Part shown: positions 41,336 to 51,125 of the stretch, piece after piece | How positions within the stretch are numbered: position 1 is the first letter of the stretch | Layout of the letters: every line of letters begins with the position of its first letter | From: an uncultured delta proteobacterium | Lineage (GTDB): Bacteria; Myxococcota_A; Polyangia; Polyangiales; Polyangiaceae | Direction: 5' to 3' | DNA length: 64,000 nt | Assembly (NCBI GenBank): GCA_963839305.1 | Contig: CAWIUL010000011.1 | Location: 2,313,561 to 2,377,560 of the forward strand | Position numbers and translations under genes: made by a program | The notes under the pieces: model-generated | The model's input: the letters and a program-made list of their open reading frames with translations, nothing else | What the model was told of the DNA's origin: nothing | The model's database searches: none

Positions 41336-44300
41336 CCGCGTTCCTTCGTCGTCACGCGTCCGCGGTCTGGCTCGCGACGGCCGTGCTCGTGCTGCTCGGC
41401 GTCGCGTCGGCGTGGCGTCTGCCGAGCGGCATCTACCCCGAGGTGGAGTTCCCGCGCATCGTCGTCGTGGCGCGCAGCGGCGGCGCGCCGCCCGACGTGT
41501 TCCTCACGAACGTGACGCGCCCGCTCGAGCAGCAGCTCGCCACCGTCCTCGGCGTGCAGCGCATCCGCTCGCGCACCATCCGCGGCGCGACCGAGATCTC
41601 GCTCCAGTTCTCGCCCGAGACCGACATGTGGCGCGCGCTCCAGCTCGTCGAGTCGCGGGTCAACGAGACGCGCAGCGCGCTTCCGCCAGGCGCGGAGATC
41701 ATCGTCGAGCGCGTCACCACCGGCTCGTTTCCCGGTCGTCACGTTCAACGTCTCGGGCGCGGTCGATCCGCGCGAGCTACGCGAGGTCGCCGAGTACGTC
41801 GTGCGCCCCGCGCTCGGTAACGTCGCCGGCGTCGGTCGCATCGAGGTGCTCGGCGGCGACGTGCGCGAGGTCGAGGTCGTGCTCGATCCCGAGGCGCTCG
41901 CGTCGCTGCAGCTCGACGCCCTCCGCGCTCGCGGCGAAGCTCGAGCCCTCGGCTGGGCCTCGCGGCCGTCGGACGCGCGCTCGATGGAAGACAGCAGCTC
42001 ACGGTCATCGCCGACGCGCAGCCGAAGACGCTCGCCGACATCCGCGAGATGCCCGTCGTCACGACGTCGACCGGCGGCGTGGTGCCGCTCGGCTCGATCG
42101 CCGAGGTCGTCGACGGCGCCGCCGATCGCACCGTGCGCATCGGCGGGCCACGCGGCGAGACGGTCGTCATCAGCGTCGCGCGCCTGCCCGGCGCGAGCAC
42201 GCCCGACGTCGTCCGCGGCGCGCTTGGCGCCGTCGCGGCGCTCGCGCTCGAGCCTCCCGGCGGGCGTCGCGCGTCGACCCGGTCTACGACCAGGCGAGCC
42301 TCGTCGGCGAGTCGATGGCGAGCGTGCGCGACGCGATCCTCCTCGGCATCGCGCTCTGCGCCGTCGTGATCGCGCTCTTTCTGCGCGATTTGCGCGCGGG
42401 GCTCGTCGCGGGCATCTCCGTGCCGATCACGCTCGCGATCAGCTTCGTGTTCATGCGCCTCGCGCACGCAGACGCTCAACCTGATGTCGCTCGGCGGCAT
42501 GGCGGTCGCAATCGGCCTCGTCGTCGACGACGCCATCGTCATGATCGAGGCCATCGCGCGGCGCATCGGAGCAAGGCGACCGGCCCGACGAGGCAGCCGC
42601 GCGAGGGCACCGCAGAGCTCGCGCCCGCCGTCATCGGCACGACCCTCACCACCGTCGTCGTCTTCGTCCCGCTCGCGTTCCTCGAGGGCGTCGTCGGCGA
42701 CTTCTTCCGCGCGCTCGCCTTCACGGTCACGACGGCGGTGGTCGTCTCGCTCGTCGTCGCGCTCGTGCTCGTCCCGCTCGTGCCGCGCCGCGCGCGCCGC
42801 GAACAGAGCGTCACGCAGGAGCGCTCGTGGCTCACGCGCGCGTACGACCGCGTCGTCGGCGTCACGATCGCGCGGCCCCGGATCGCGCGTCGCGGCGTTC
42901 GTCGTGGCGCTCGCGTGCATCGTGCTCGTCGCGCCGCACCTTCGACGCGGTTTCTTGCCCACGATGGACGAGGGCGCGTTCGTGCTCGACTACTTCTTGC
43001 CGGCCGGCACGTCGCTCGACGCGACCGAGCACTACGCGCGCGAGCTCGAGACCGAGCTCCGGGCGACGCCCGAGGTGCGCACGTTCTCGCGCCGCACCGG
43101 CGCCGAGCTCGGCCCGGCCGCGGCGACCCAGGCGAACCGCGGCGACATCATGGTGCGGCTCGTGCCTCGAGGACAGCGCAAGCGCTCCGCGGACGACGTC
43201 ATCGCGGACGTTCGCGCGCGCGTCGAGAAGCGCGTTCCCGAGGTGCGCATCGAGTTCGTCCAGGTCCTCCAGGACGTGCTCAACGATCTCTCGGGAAACC
43301 CGCGGCCGATCGAGGTGAAGGTCTTCGGGCCCGACTACGCGAAGCTCCACGAAATCGCCTCCGACATCGCGGCGCGCGTCCGCCGCGTGGACGGCCTCGT
43401 GGACCTCTACGCGGGCGAGGAGCGCCACGCGCCCGAGCTGCGCTTCTCGATCGACCGCGACGCGGCCTCGCGCTTCGGCGATCACGCCCGACGAGATATC
43501 CGCGGAGCTCGACACCGCGCTTCGCGGACGCGTCGTCGGGTCGGTGCGTCGCTACGATCGCCTCATCGGCGTGCGCGTGCGCTACCCGAATCCCGTCCGC
43601 TTCGATCGCGCGCGCGATCCTCGATCTTCCGTTCGCGACGCACGACCGCGTGACGACGTATCGCGCCGTGTCGAACGTGTCCACCACGCAGTCATCCCCG
43701 GAGCTGCTCCACGAGGCGCTCCAGCCCATGGTCGCCGTCACCGCCGATCACGAGGGCCGCGATCTCGGCGCCGTCGCCGACGAGGTCGACGCGATCGCGC
43801 GCTCGGTCGCTTTGCCGCAGGGCTACCGCCTCGTGCTCGGCGGCCAGGCCGGCGCGAGCGCGCCACGTTGAAGCAGTTGCTCGGCGTCGGCGCGCTCGCC
43901 GTGCTCCTCGTGCATCACCGTTCTCGCCGCGCAGTTTCGTCGCGTCCGCGTCGCGGCGCTCGTGCTCGGCACGGTCCCCGTCGCGATCGTCGGCGGTGTG
44001 CTCGCGCTCTGGGTCACGCGCGTTCCGCTCAACGCCTCGTCGCTCATGGGCTGCGTGCTGCTCGTGGGCCTCGTCGTGAAGAACGGCGTGCTGCTGCTCG
44101 AGGAGGCCGAGCGCTTCGTCGACGAAGGCGCATCACCTCAAGACGCCGTCCTCCGCGCGGGCGAGCGCCGCCTTCGCCCGATCATGATGACCACGCTCGC
44201 GACGCTCGCGGGCCTCGCCCCGCTCGCGCTCGGCATCGGCGCAGGAGCCGAGCTCCAGCGTCCCCTCGCGGTCATGGTCATCGGCGGCCTCGTCACCTCG

Positions 44301-44393
44301 ACCCTCGCGACGCTCGTCCTGCTCCCGCCCCTCGCCGCGGTGCTCTTGCGCGAAACGCAGCTTTCTTGGCCACGACGCCGCGGAGCACGATGA
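41332..44393 (+). pseudogene. RND (AcrB/CzcA-type) inner membrane transporter, broken by at least 8 frameshifts
   Basis: ATG at 41332 overlaps the MFP stop. Conserved RND segments are scattered over track ORFs 40699..41820, 41801..42484, 42049..42369, 41412..43871, 42484..43653, 43544..44404 and 43962..44393 in all three + frames (e.g. MSLGGMAVAIGLVVDDAIVMIEA, VFVPLAFLEGVVGDFFRALAF). Confidence 0.75.
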
Positions 44394-44400
44394 TTGGCGC

Positions 44401-45066
44401 ATGAAGCTGCATGCTCTTGCGCTCGCCGCCGTCGCCTCGTCCGTCGTCTTTTCCGCGTCGCGCGCTGACGCGCAAGACAACGCGGGAACCGCGCCGCCAC
44501 CGCCGACCACGACGACGACGCCGCCCCCGCCCCCGCCCCCGGCGGCTACCACCGTCGCCCCCGCCGCGCCGACCGAGACGAAGGCGCAAATGGAGAACGG
44601 CTTCGCGTTCGAGACGCACATGTACTCGCAGGTCGTGAGCTTCGGCGCCGGCCTCGGCACCACGCTCAACTTGCCGCTCGTCACCGGCGGCATCTTCGCC
44701 GGCTTCAAGCTGGATCGTCTCGTGATCGGTCTTTCGTACAACTTCACGTCGTTCGACGCGGGCGGCGCTCAGATCGCGATGACCTGGGTGCCCGGCATCC
44801 GCTACGTCTTCGTTCGCACGACGGACGAACGCGTCGAGCTCTTCGGCCAGCTCGACATCGGCATCGGCCACAACTTCGGCAACTCGGAGAGCAACGAGAT
44901 CATCCCCGCCGACGTCGGCATCGGCGTTCGCTATTGGGTGCACCGCCAGTTCGCGATCTCGACGGCGGGCGGTTGGAACGGCAACTGGGTCCTCACGCAG
45001 AACCCCAGCACGAGCGAGGTGAGTCAGGGCATCTTCGCCGGTTTGCAAGTCATGGGAGTGTTCTGA
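44401..45066 (+). CDS. secreted beta-barrel/OMP-like protein with a Pro/Thr-rich linker
   Basis: Track ORF. Signal peptide, [16 protein letters not shown] linker and alternating beta-strand pattern. Confidence 0.55.
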   Translation: MKLHALALAAVASSVVFSASRADAQDNAGTAPPPPTTTTTPPPPPPPAATTVAPAAPTETKAQMENGFAFETHMYSQVVSFGAGLGTTLNLPLVTGGIFAGFKLDRLVIGLSYNFTSFDAGGAQIAMTWVPGIRYVFVRTTDERVELFGQLDIGIGHNFGNSESNEIIPADVGIGVRYWVHRQFAISTAGGWNGNWVLTQNPSTSEVSQGIFAGLQVMGVF

Positions 45067-45107
45067 GACGCCGTAGGCGAGACCTCCCTTCGGTGAACCA
45101 CGTCGCG

Positions 45108-45281
45108 ATGTGTCGCTTCGCGATGACGAGCGTGGTCGTCGAGTGCGGCTCCAGGCATGCGCGCAACCGGTGCTGGGGCTCCAACCTCACGTCGTTCGTG
45201 AGCACCCTCCAGAGCGTGGTCTCGATCGCCGCGGGCGCGTACCACACGTGCGCGCTCACGAGCTCCAATGACGTGAAGTGA
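45108..45281 (+). pseudogene. RCC1-repeat fragment (gene remnant)
   Basis: Tail of track ORF 44934..45281 reads RCWGSN...SIAAGAYHTCALTSSNDV. That equals one RCC1-type repeat without the rest of a propeller. Confidence 0.3.
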
Positions 45282-45337
45282 CGGCAGCGGAAAAGTCAGG
45301 CTGGTAGGACAAGCCGTGTTTACCGTGGGATCAGCGG

Positions 45338-45408
45338 TTCGGGCACAGGGATTCGAACCCCGATAAGCGGCACCAAAAACCGCTGTCCTGCCATTAGACG
45401 ATGCCCGA
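45338..45408 (-). tRNA. tRNA-Gln (anticodon UUG)
   Basis: Cloverleaf folded by hand. Acceptor TCGGGCA/TGCCCGA, D-stem GTCT/GGAC, anticodon stem GCGGT/GCCGC with loop TTTTGGT (U33, anticodon TTG, G37), T-arm CGGGG-TTCGAAT-CCCTG, discriminator A. Coordinates may be +/-2. Confidence 0.8.
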
Positions 45409-45466
45409 AAGCGGCGAGGAACGTAGCACAAAGACGGCGCTTGGAAGCACCAGCTGACACGCGGGG

Positions 45467-47002
45467 TCAGTAGGGGTTGTCGTCGCCGGTGGGCTTCGGC
45501 TTGGCGGTGGCGGTCGCCGTTGCCGTGGGTTTGGCCGTCGCCGTCGCTGTTGCGGTCGCCGTTGCCGTGGCAGTCGCGGTTGCGGTCGCCGTGGCCGTCG
45601 CGGTCGTGGTCGCGGTGGTCGTCGCGGTCGCGGTGACCGTCGGGCGCGCGGTGGGGACGAACGTGGCCGTCGGGACCGCTGTGGTCGTCGTGGCGGCGCT
45701 CGCGGAAGGCGCGGCGGACGCGCTCGTCACGACGGTCGCGCTCGGCTCGGCCGATGCGGACGCGGCGACCGACGCGCTCGGCGTGACGCTCGGAGGGGGC
45801 GCGACGGAAGCGGTCTGCGTCGGCGCCGGAGCGCCGTTGAAGAGACCCGCTTTGTACGCGACGCCCGCGCCGACACCGAGGACGACGACGAGGCCGATCA
45901 CGATCATGCCCGTGTTGCTCTTCTTCTCTTTTTCGGGCGTCTTCATCGCGGCGGTCGCGCTGATCGGCTCGACGGGCTTCGGACGCTCGGACGCCACCTT
46001 GCGCGGCGTTTCCATGACGTCCTTGCGCTCGACGACTTGCTCGACGGCGGGCGCCGCAGCGATCGGCTCGGGAGCTTTCTCCTCGGGCCCTTTCTCCTCG
46101 GGCGCCTTCTCGGGCTCGGGTTTCTCAGCGGCAGCCTCGCCGGTTGCGCTCTCGGGCTCGTGCGCGGGCGCGCCAGCGGCGGGCCTCGGCGGCTCCGGCT
46201 TCTTGTCGACCGCGCCGACTTCTTCCATCGAGCCGCCGGCCTCTTTGAGCGCTTCCTCGAGAAGCTCCGCGGCCTGCTTCATGACCGTGCGCTCTTGCGG
46301 CGGCGGCATGTCCGCCTCGCTGTCGGTCTTCGGGAAGAATCCGCCGCTGTCGTCTTTGCGCTCCGTCTGCTTCGAGACGGGCGACTGCGGCATCGTGCGC
46401 GCGAGCGGCGAGCCCGACGCGGTCGCGCCCTTGGGCACCGCGCCCTGCGCTCCGAGGCCCATCATCGTCTTTTTCACCGAAAACGCGGGCTTCGCGGCGC
46501 CCATGCCCGGCGTCGTGGTCGGAGATTTTGGCGCGCCCGACGGCGAGCCGCTGACGGTCGCAGGCGGCGAGGCGCTCGGGGTCACGGGCGGCGTGCTCGC
46601 GTTCGGCGGCGGCGGCGTCACGGAGGCGCCGGCTTCCGCCAGGTATGCGCTCCCCGCGTCGCTCTTCGAGCCCGTGAGCTTGTCGATGGTCTGGCGCGAG
46701 GCGTCGTCGATCTTGATGAACTTCACGCCCATGCCGGCGGGCCGCTCGGCGCTGGATCCGCCGGCTTCACGCTTCCACACGACGCGCCCGACGCCCGCGA
46801 TCACGGGCTGATCGGCCGCGAGGCGGATTTCGAACTTGAGGAGCGTGCCGATCGCGAATGGCTTGTCGGTCTTGATGAAGACCCCGCCCTTGCTCACGTC
46901 GTGAGAGTGGTTCTCGATGAACTCGTCGACCGTCGCGCTTTTGTAGCGGACGTTCAGGCTCACGATTTTTGCGCGGGGATCTTTGCGCGTGTCTTGAGTC
47001 AT
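45467..47002 (-). CDS. PilZ-domain protein with a long Pro/Ala/Thr/Glu-rich region, one TM helix and a C-terminal (Thr-Ala)n tail
   Basis: M16 of track ORF 45467..47047. PilZ motifs RKDPR (RxxxR) and DVSKGG (DxSxxG). TM helix MIVIGLVVVLGVGAGVAY. Tail TATATATATATATATATATATAKPTATATATAKPKP. Confidence 0.75.
   Translation of the reverse strand: MTQDTRKDPRAKIVSLNVRYKSATVDEFIENHSHDVSKGGVFIKTDKPFAIGTLLKFEIRLAADQPVIAGVGRVVWKREAGGSSAERPAGMGVKFIKIDDASRQTIDKLTGSKSDAGSAYLAEAGASVTPPPPNASTPPVTPSASPPATVSGSPSGAPKSPTTTPGMGAAKPAFSVKKTMMGLGAQGAVPKGATASGSPLARTMPQSPVSKQTERKDDSGGFFPKTDSEADMPPPQERTVMKQAAELLEEALKEAGGSMEEVGAVDKKPEPPRPAAGAPAHEPESATGEAAAEKPEPEKAPEEKGPEEKAPEPIAAAPAVEQVVERKDVMETPRKVASERPKPVEPISATAAMKTPEKEKKSNTGMIVIGLVVVLGVGAGVAYKAGLFNGAPAPTQTASVAPPPSVTPSASVAASASAEPSATVVTSASAAPSASAATTTTAVPTATFVPTARPTVTATATTTATTTATATATATATATATATATATATAKPTATATATAKPKPTGDDNPY
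45480..45640. repeat. imperfect tandem hexanucleotide repeat (GCSGTSGCC-like), encoding the (Thr-Ala)n tail on the minus strand
   Basis: About 25 consecutive units of ggcggt/cgccgt/ggccgt within the 3' end of the PilZ gene. Confidence 0.6.
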
Positions 47003-47061
47003 CGGAACGCCATCGTAACGCGTTGTCCCAGGAAAACGCCAATCCACTAGTATGGGGCCGC

Positions 47062-47403
47062 GTGGCGGATGACGACACAGCCAGGGACAAGCCGCGTTTT
47101 CGGGCTCATGCGCGAAAACCCGTGCGATTGGCCGCGGTTCTTGCCCACCGGGACCGTGGGTGGCAGCGCGACGTCATCGTGTTCGACCTCGGCCTTGGGG
47201 GCGCTTGCGTCGAGTCGAGCGACGTCCTCGGCGTCGGAGACAAGGTCCAGGTCTCGTTCGTGACCGCCGAGCGTTGGGACCCGCTCCAAATCGCCGCGCG
47301 CGTCGTCTGGACCTCGCAGACCCGCGCGGGGCTCGCCTTCGAATACGCGTCGCCCGAGAGCACGTGGGGCGTCTTCGAGCTGCTCTCGGGGGGCTCGTCG
47401 TGA
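47062..47403 (+). CDS. stand-alone PilZ-domain protein
   Basis: In-frame GTG within track ORF 46969..47403. RFRAHAR (RxxxR) and DLGLGG (DxSxxG-like) motifs. Divergent from the larger PilZ gene. Confidence 0.6.
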   Translation: MADDDTARDKPRFRAHARKPVRLAAVLAHRDRGWQRDVIVFDLGLGGACVESSDVLGVGDKVQVSFVTAERWDPLQIAARVVWTSQTRAGLAFEYASPESTWGVFELLSGGSS

Positions 47404-47909
47404 CGCGCGACGCCGCGCGTGCGATCCTCGACGCGCTCCGCGTGGTCGTCCGCGATCTACGCCTCAGCGCGCGCGAGGCCGAGCGCGTAGCGCACATCAC
47501 CGGCGCGCAGATCTTCGTGCTCCAGCAGCTCGAGCAGGGTCGCACGCTGTCGCTCAACGATCTCGCCGAGCGCACGATGACCGATCAGAGCTCGGTGTCC
47601 GTCGTCGTGAAGAGGCTCGTCGCGGCGAAGCTCGTCGCGCGAAAGGCCTCGCCGTCGGACGCGCGGCGCCTCGAGCTGACGCTCACGCCCGCGGGAAAAA
47701 AGCTCCTCGCGCGCTGCCCCGAGCCGACGCAAGTTCGCCTGCTCGGCGCGCTCAAGCGGATGACGGCGGCGGAGCTCGACGCGCTCGACGTGGGTCTCGT
47801 GGCGCTCGTGCGCGAGATGGGCATCCGCGACGAGCGCGCGGGGATGTTCTTCGAAGAGACCGCGTCACGCGTCGTCGCGCGAGCTCGCCGCGACGTCGGG
47901 CGACGATGA
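47400..47909 (+). CDS. MarR-family transcriptional regulator
   Basis: GTG overlaps the PilZ stop (GTGA). It lies in the frame of track ORF 47160..47909. Winged-helix region LSLNDLAERTMTDQSSVSVVVKRLVAAKLV. Confidence 0.75.
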   Translation: MTRDAARAILDALRVVVRDLRLSAREAERVAHITGAQIFVLQQLEQGRTLSLNDLAERTMTDQSSVSVVVKRLVAAKLVARKASPSDARRLELTLTPAGKKLLARCPEPTQVRLLGALKRMTAAELDALDVGLVALVREMGIRDERAGMFFEETASRVVARARRDVGRR

Positions 47910-49768
47910 TGGTTCGACCGGCAAGCGGCCCGACACGGGGACGCGCGGGACCGAGCGAAGCCACGCCGGCACGATGAGGCTCAGCGGGAGGATGCGCTCG
48001 CGGCGCTGCTCCTCCTCGAGGTGGCGCACGCGCGCCTTGAGCATGTCGCGCAAGGCGATCGTGCCGTGCAGCTTTCGGCGATCGTCTCGATCGACGACTG
48101 GGAGCTCGGCGCGTCCCGTCTGAGCCATGCGATAGACCACGACGCGGAGCGGCTCGTCGTCGTAGGCGGTCACGGGCACGTGGACGATCGACGAGAGCGT
48201 CGCGCGATCGTCCGGCGTCTGATCGCACCACTGCTCGAGCTGCCACCGCGTCACGACCCCGACGAGCGAGCCCGCCGTCGTCGACGACCGCGAAGAGCCG
48301 CTGCTCGCGGCGCGCGCCGTCGATCGCGCCCGCGATGTCGCGCTGCGTGAGCGTGCCGGGCAGCGCCGCGACGTCGGTCGACATCACCTCGCGCACGAAG
48401 AGGATCTCGAGCGGGTCGGTCTCGTACTCGCGCGTGAGGTGGAAGCCGCGCCGGCTCACCTTCTCCGTGAGGATGGAGCGCTTGAGGAGCAGCACGGTGA
48501 ACAGCGTGCGCGCACGTGACCGCGAGCAAGAGCGGGACGAGCACGCTCACGTCGTGCGTGAGCTCGAGCACGAAGAGGATGCCGGTGAACGGCGAGCGCA
48601 TCGTCCCGCCGAGGATCGCGCCCATGCTGACGAGCGGCCAGAAGCCGGTGCCCTGGCTCGGAAAGAAATGCGCCTCGAGGCCGCCGAGCGCGGCGCCCAT
48701 CATCAGGAGCGGCGCGAGCACGCCGCCTGACGTGCCGGAGCCGAGCGACACCGACCAGATCGTCCACTTCACCGCGACGAGCACGATGAGCGCCGAGCCG
48801 ACGAGCTCCCCGCGGAGGAGCTGCTCGATCACGTCGTAACCGACGCCGAGCGCGCGCGGCTCGACGAGCCCGCCGAGGCCGACGACGAGCCCGCCGATCG
48901 CGGGCCACCACATCCAGTGGATCGGCAGCTTCTGGAAGAGATCCTCGAACGCGTACACGCTGATCGTGAGGAGCGCGGAGAGGCCGCCCGCGAGCAGACC
49001 GCAGAGCACGCACGCGCCGATCGACGGCAGCGAGACGAGCGCTTGGTGCGCAGGCACGGGAAAGAGCGGGCCGGGGCCGAGGAGGTGTCGCCGAAAGAGC
49101 GACGCGGTCACGCTCGCGAGCGCGACCGGGACGAGGCTGCGCGGCTTCCACTCGAACAGGAGGAGCTCGACCGCGAGGAGCGCCGCGGCGACCGGCGAGG
49201 CGAACGTCGCCGACATGCCCGCGGCGGCGCCCGCGACGAGCAGCGTCTTTCGCTCGGCGGCGGTGAGGCGGAAGAGCTGCGCGATGATCGAGCCGAACGC
49301 GCCGCCGGTCATGATGATCGGCCCCTCCGCGCCGAACGGACCGCCGGAGCCGATCGAGATCGCGGACGAGAGCGGCTTGAGGAGCGCGACGCGCGGCTCG
49401 ACGCGGCTGCCCTTCAGCAGGATCGACTCGATCGCCTCGGGGATGCCGTGGCCGCGAATGCGCTCGGACCCGTAGCGCGCCATGAAGCCGATGACGAGCG
49501 CGCCGACGACCGGCACGAGCACGGCCCAGTAACCGAGGTGGTTTCCGGCGGGCGAGACGAGATCCGTCGAGATGCGCTGGTAGAAGAAGAGGTTCGTGAA
49601 GAACCCGATCATGCGCAAGAGCGCCACCGCGACATAGGCCGCGAGCGCGCCGATGAATACGGCGAGGAGCGCGATGGGGATGACGCGAGGCGAGGTGGTG
49701 AAGTCTCCGAGCTCTTGATTCGCGCGTTTTGGACTGCTCACGCGGGAAACATATTGGCTCCCATACAA
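47865..49768 (-). pseudogene. ClC-family chloride channel with C-terminal CBS pair; two frameshifts
   Basis: Channel core in track ORF 48251..49768 (GSGGPFGAEGPI, GTSGGVLAPLL). First CBS in ORF 47752..48495. Second CBS in ORF 47865..48254. Junctions near ~48497 and ~48255. Confidence 0.75.
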
Positions 49769-49778
49769 ATGCGCCAGC

Positions 49779-51125
49779 TCATTGAGCGACTGTGGCGGAT
49801 TCGACGCGCGCGGCGAGCGCGAGCACGGCGTCCTCGGAGCCGGGAGGACCCAGGATTTGCAGCGAGCGCGGGAGCCCCGTGCCGTCGAATCGGCCGCATG
49901 GCACGGCGACCGCCGTCGCGTCGGTGAGGTTGCCGAGCATCACGAACGACGGCGCGCGAAGCGCGAGGACCGCGCGGCGGTGCTTGGGAGGGAGCTGCGT
50001 GGTCGTGGGCGAGACGAGCAGCCGCCCGGAGGACCACGCGAGCTTCGCGGCGTCGCGCAGCGACTCGACGCGCTCGACCTGCGGCGCAGGATCGCGATAG
50101 CGGACGAGCTTGCCGAGGCCGACGAGCGCGAAGAGCGCGCCGCTCACCGGGTGAAGCCGCTTGTCGAGGCGCCCGTTGGTGAGGACGCCGAGCGCGGTCG
50201 CGGCGAGGCCGTCGCGGATCGACATCTCCTCGACGCCGACGAACTCGAAGAAGTGCGACGAGAGGTACGCACCGAACGCCTCGTTCACCACGCTCGGCGA
50301 CGGCAGGCCGTGATCGCGATCGACCTTCACGCGAGCGCGCGCGAGCACCTCGAGCGCGTCGCGCTCGAACGTGGGCCAGCGGCCGACGTGCGCCTCGTCG
50401 GGCAGGTAGAGGATCGCGCGCGACGGATCCATCTCGGGTCGCTCGGGCCCGGTGCGCAGCGCGGGCGCGAGCGCGTCCACGACGCGCTTGGCGGTCTCGA
50501 CCTTGCGCGCGAGCGGGCCCATCCCGCAAAACGACCAGAACCGCGGAGAGATGCGCGGGAAGTGCTCGCGGTCGACGGGCCACGTCCGAGACGAGAGGCG
50601 CAGGCCGACGACGCCGCAGAACGCCGCGGGCAAACGGATCGATCCGCCGAAGTCGGTGCCCCAGTCGAACTCGGCCATGCCCGAAGCGACCGCCGCCGCG
50701 CCGCCGCCCGTGCTCCCGCCCGCCGTGCGCGACGCGTCGTATGGGTTCTTCACGGGGCCGAACATGTGATTGTCGCTCTCCATCGAGAACGCCATGTCGC
50801 AGAGGTTCGATTTTCCGAGCAGCACGGCGCCCGTCTCTTGGAGCGCCGCGTAGATGCGGCTCGACTCCTCGGGCACGCGCTCGCGATGACGGTACGAGCC
50901 GCCGGTCGTCGGGATGCCCGCCGTGTCCCACACGTCCTTCAGCACGTACGGAACGCCCGCGAGCGGGCCCTCCTTCGTCTCTTGAAGCGGCCGCTTCAAG
51001 ACGTGGAGCACGGCGCGCAGCTCGTCGTTGCGCGCCGCGATCGTCGCGCGACACGAATCGACGGAGAGGGTCCGCACGCTCGAGCCTCCTGGCGAGAGTT
51101 CGGACCCAGTCACGGACGAGCTCAC
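49779..51125 (-). CDS. amidase-signature family amidase
   Basis: GTG (V83) in track ORF 49779..51371. Motif GGSTGGGAAAVASG plus Ser-cisSer-Lys region. The start overlaps the upstream gene stop (GTGA). Confidence 0.85.
   Translation of the reverse strand: MSSSVTGSELSPGGSSVRTLSVDSCRATIAARNDELRAVLHVLKRPLQETKEGPLAGVPYVLKDVWDTAGIPTTGGSYRHRERVPEESSRIYAALQETGAVLLGKSNLCDMAFSMESDNHMFGPVKNPYDASRTAGGSTGGGAAAVASGMAEFDWGTDFGGSIRLPAAFCGVVGLRLSSRTWPVDREHFPRISPRFWSFCGMGPLARKVETAKRVVDALAPALRTGPERPEMDPSRAILYLPDEAHVGRWPTFERDALEVLARARVKVDRDHGLPSPSVVNEAFGAYLSSHFFEFVGVEEMSIRDGLAATALGVLTNGRLDKRLHPVSGALFALVGLGKLVRYRDPAPQVERVESLRDAAKLAWSSGRLLVSPTTTQLPPKHRRAVLALRAPSFVMLGNLTDATAVAVPCGRFDGTGLPRSLQILGPPGSEDAVLALAARVESATVAQ

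Noticed and set aside
45024-45431. 135-aa minus-strand ORF (TTG start)
   Set aside because: It overlaps the tRNA-Gln gene in the same orientation. Its peptide is simply the tRNA read as codons.
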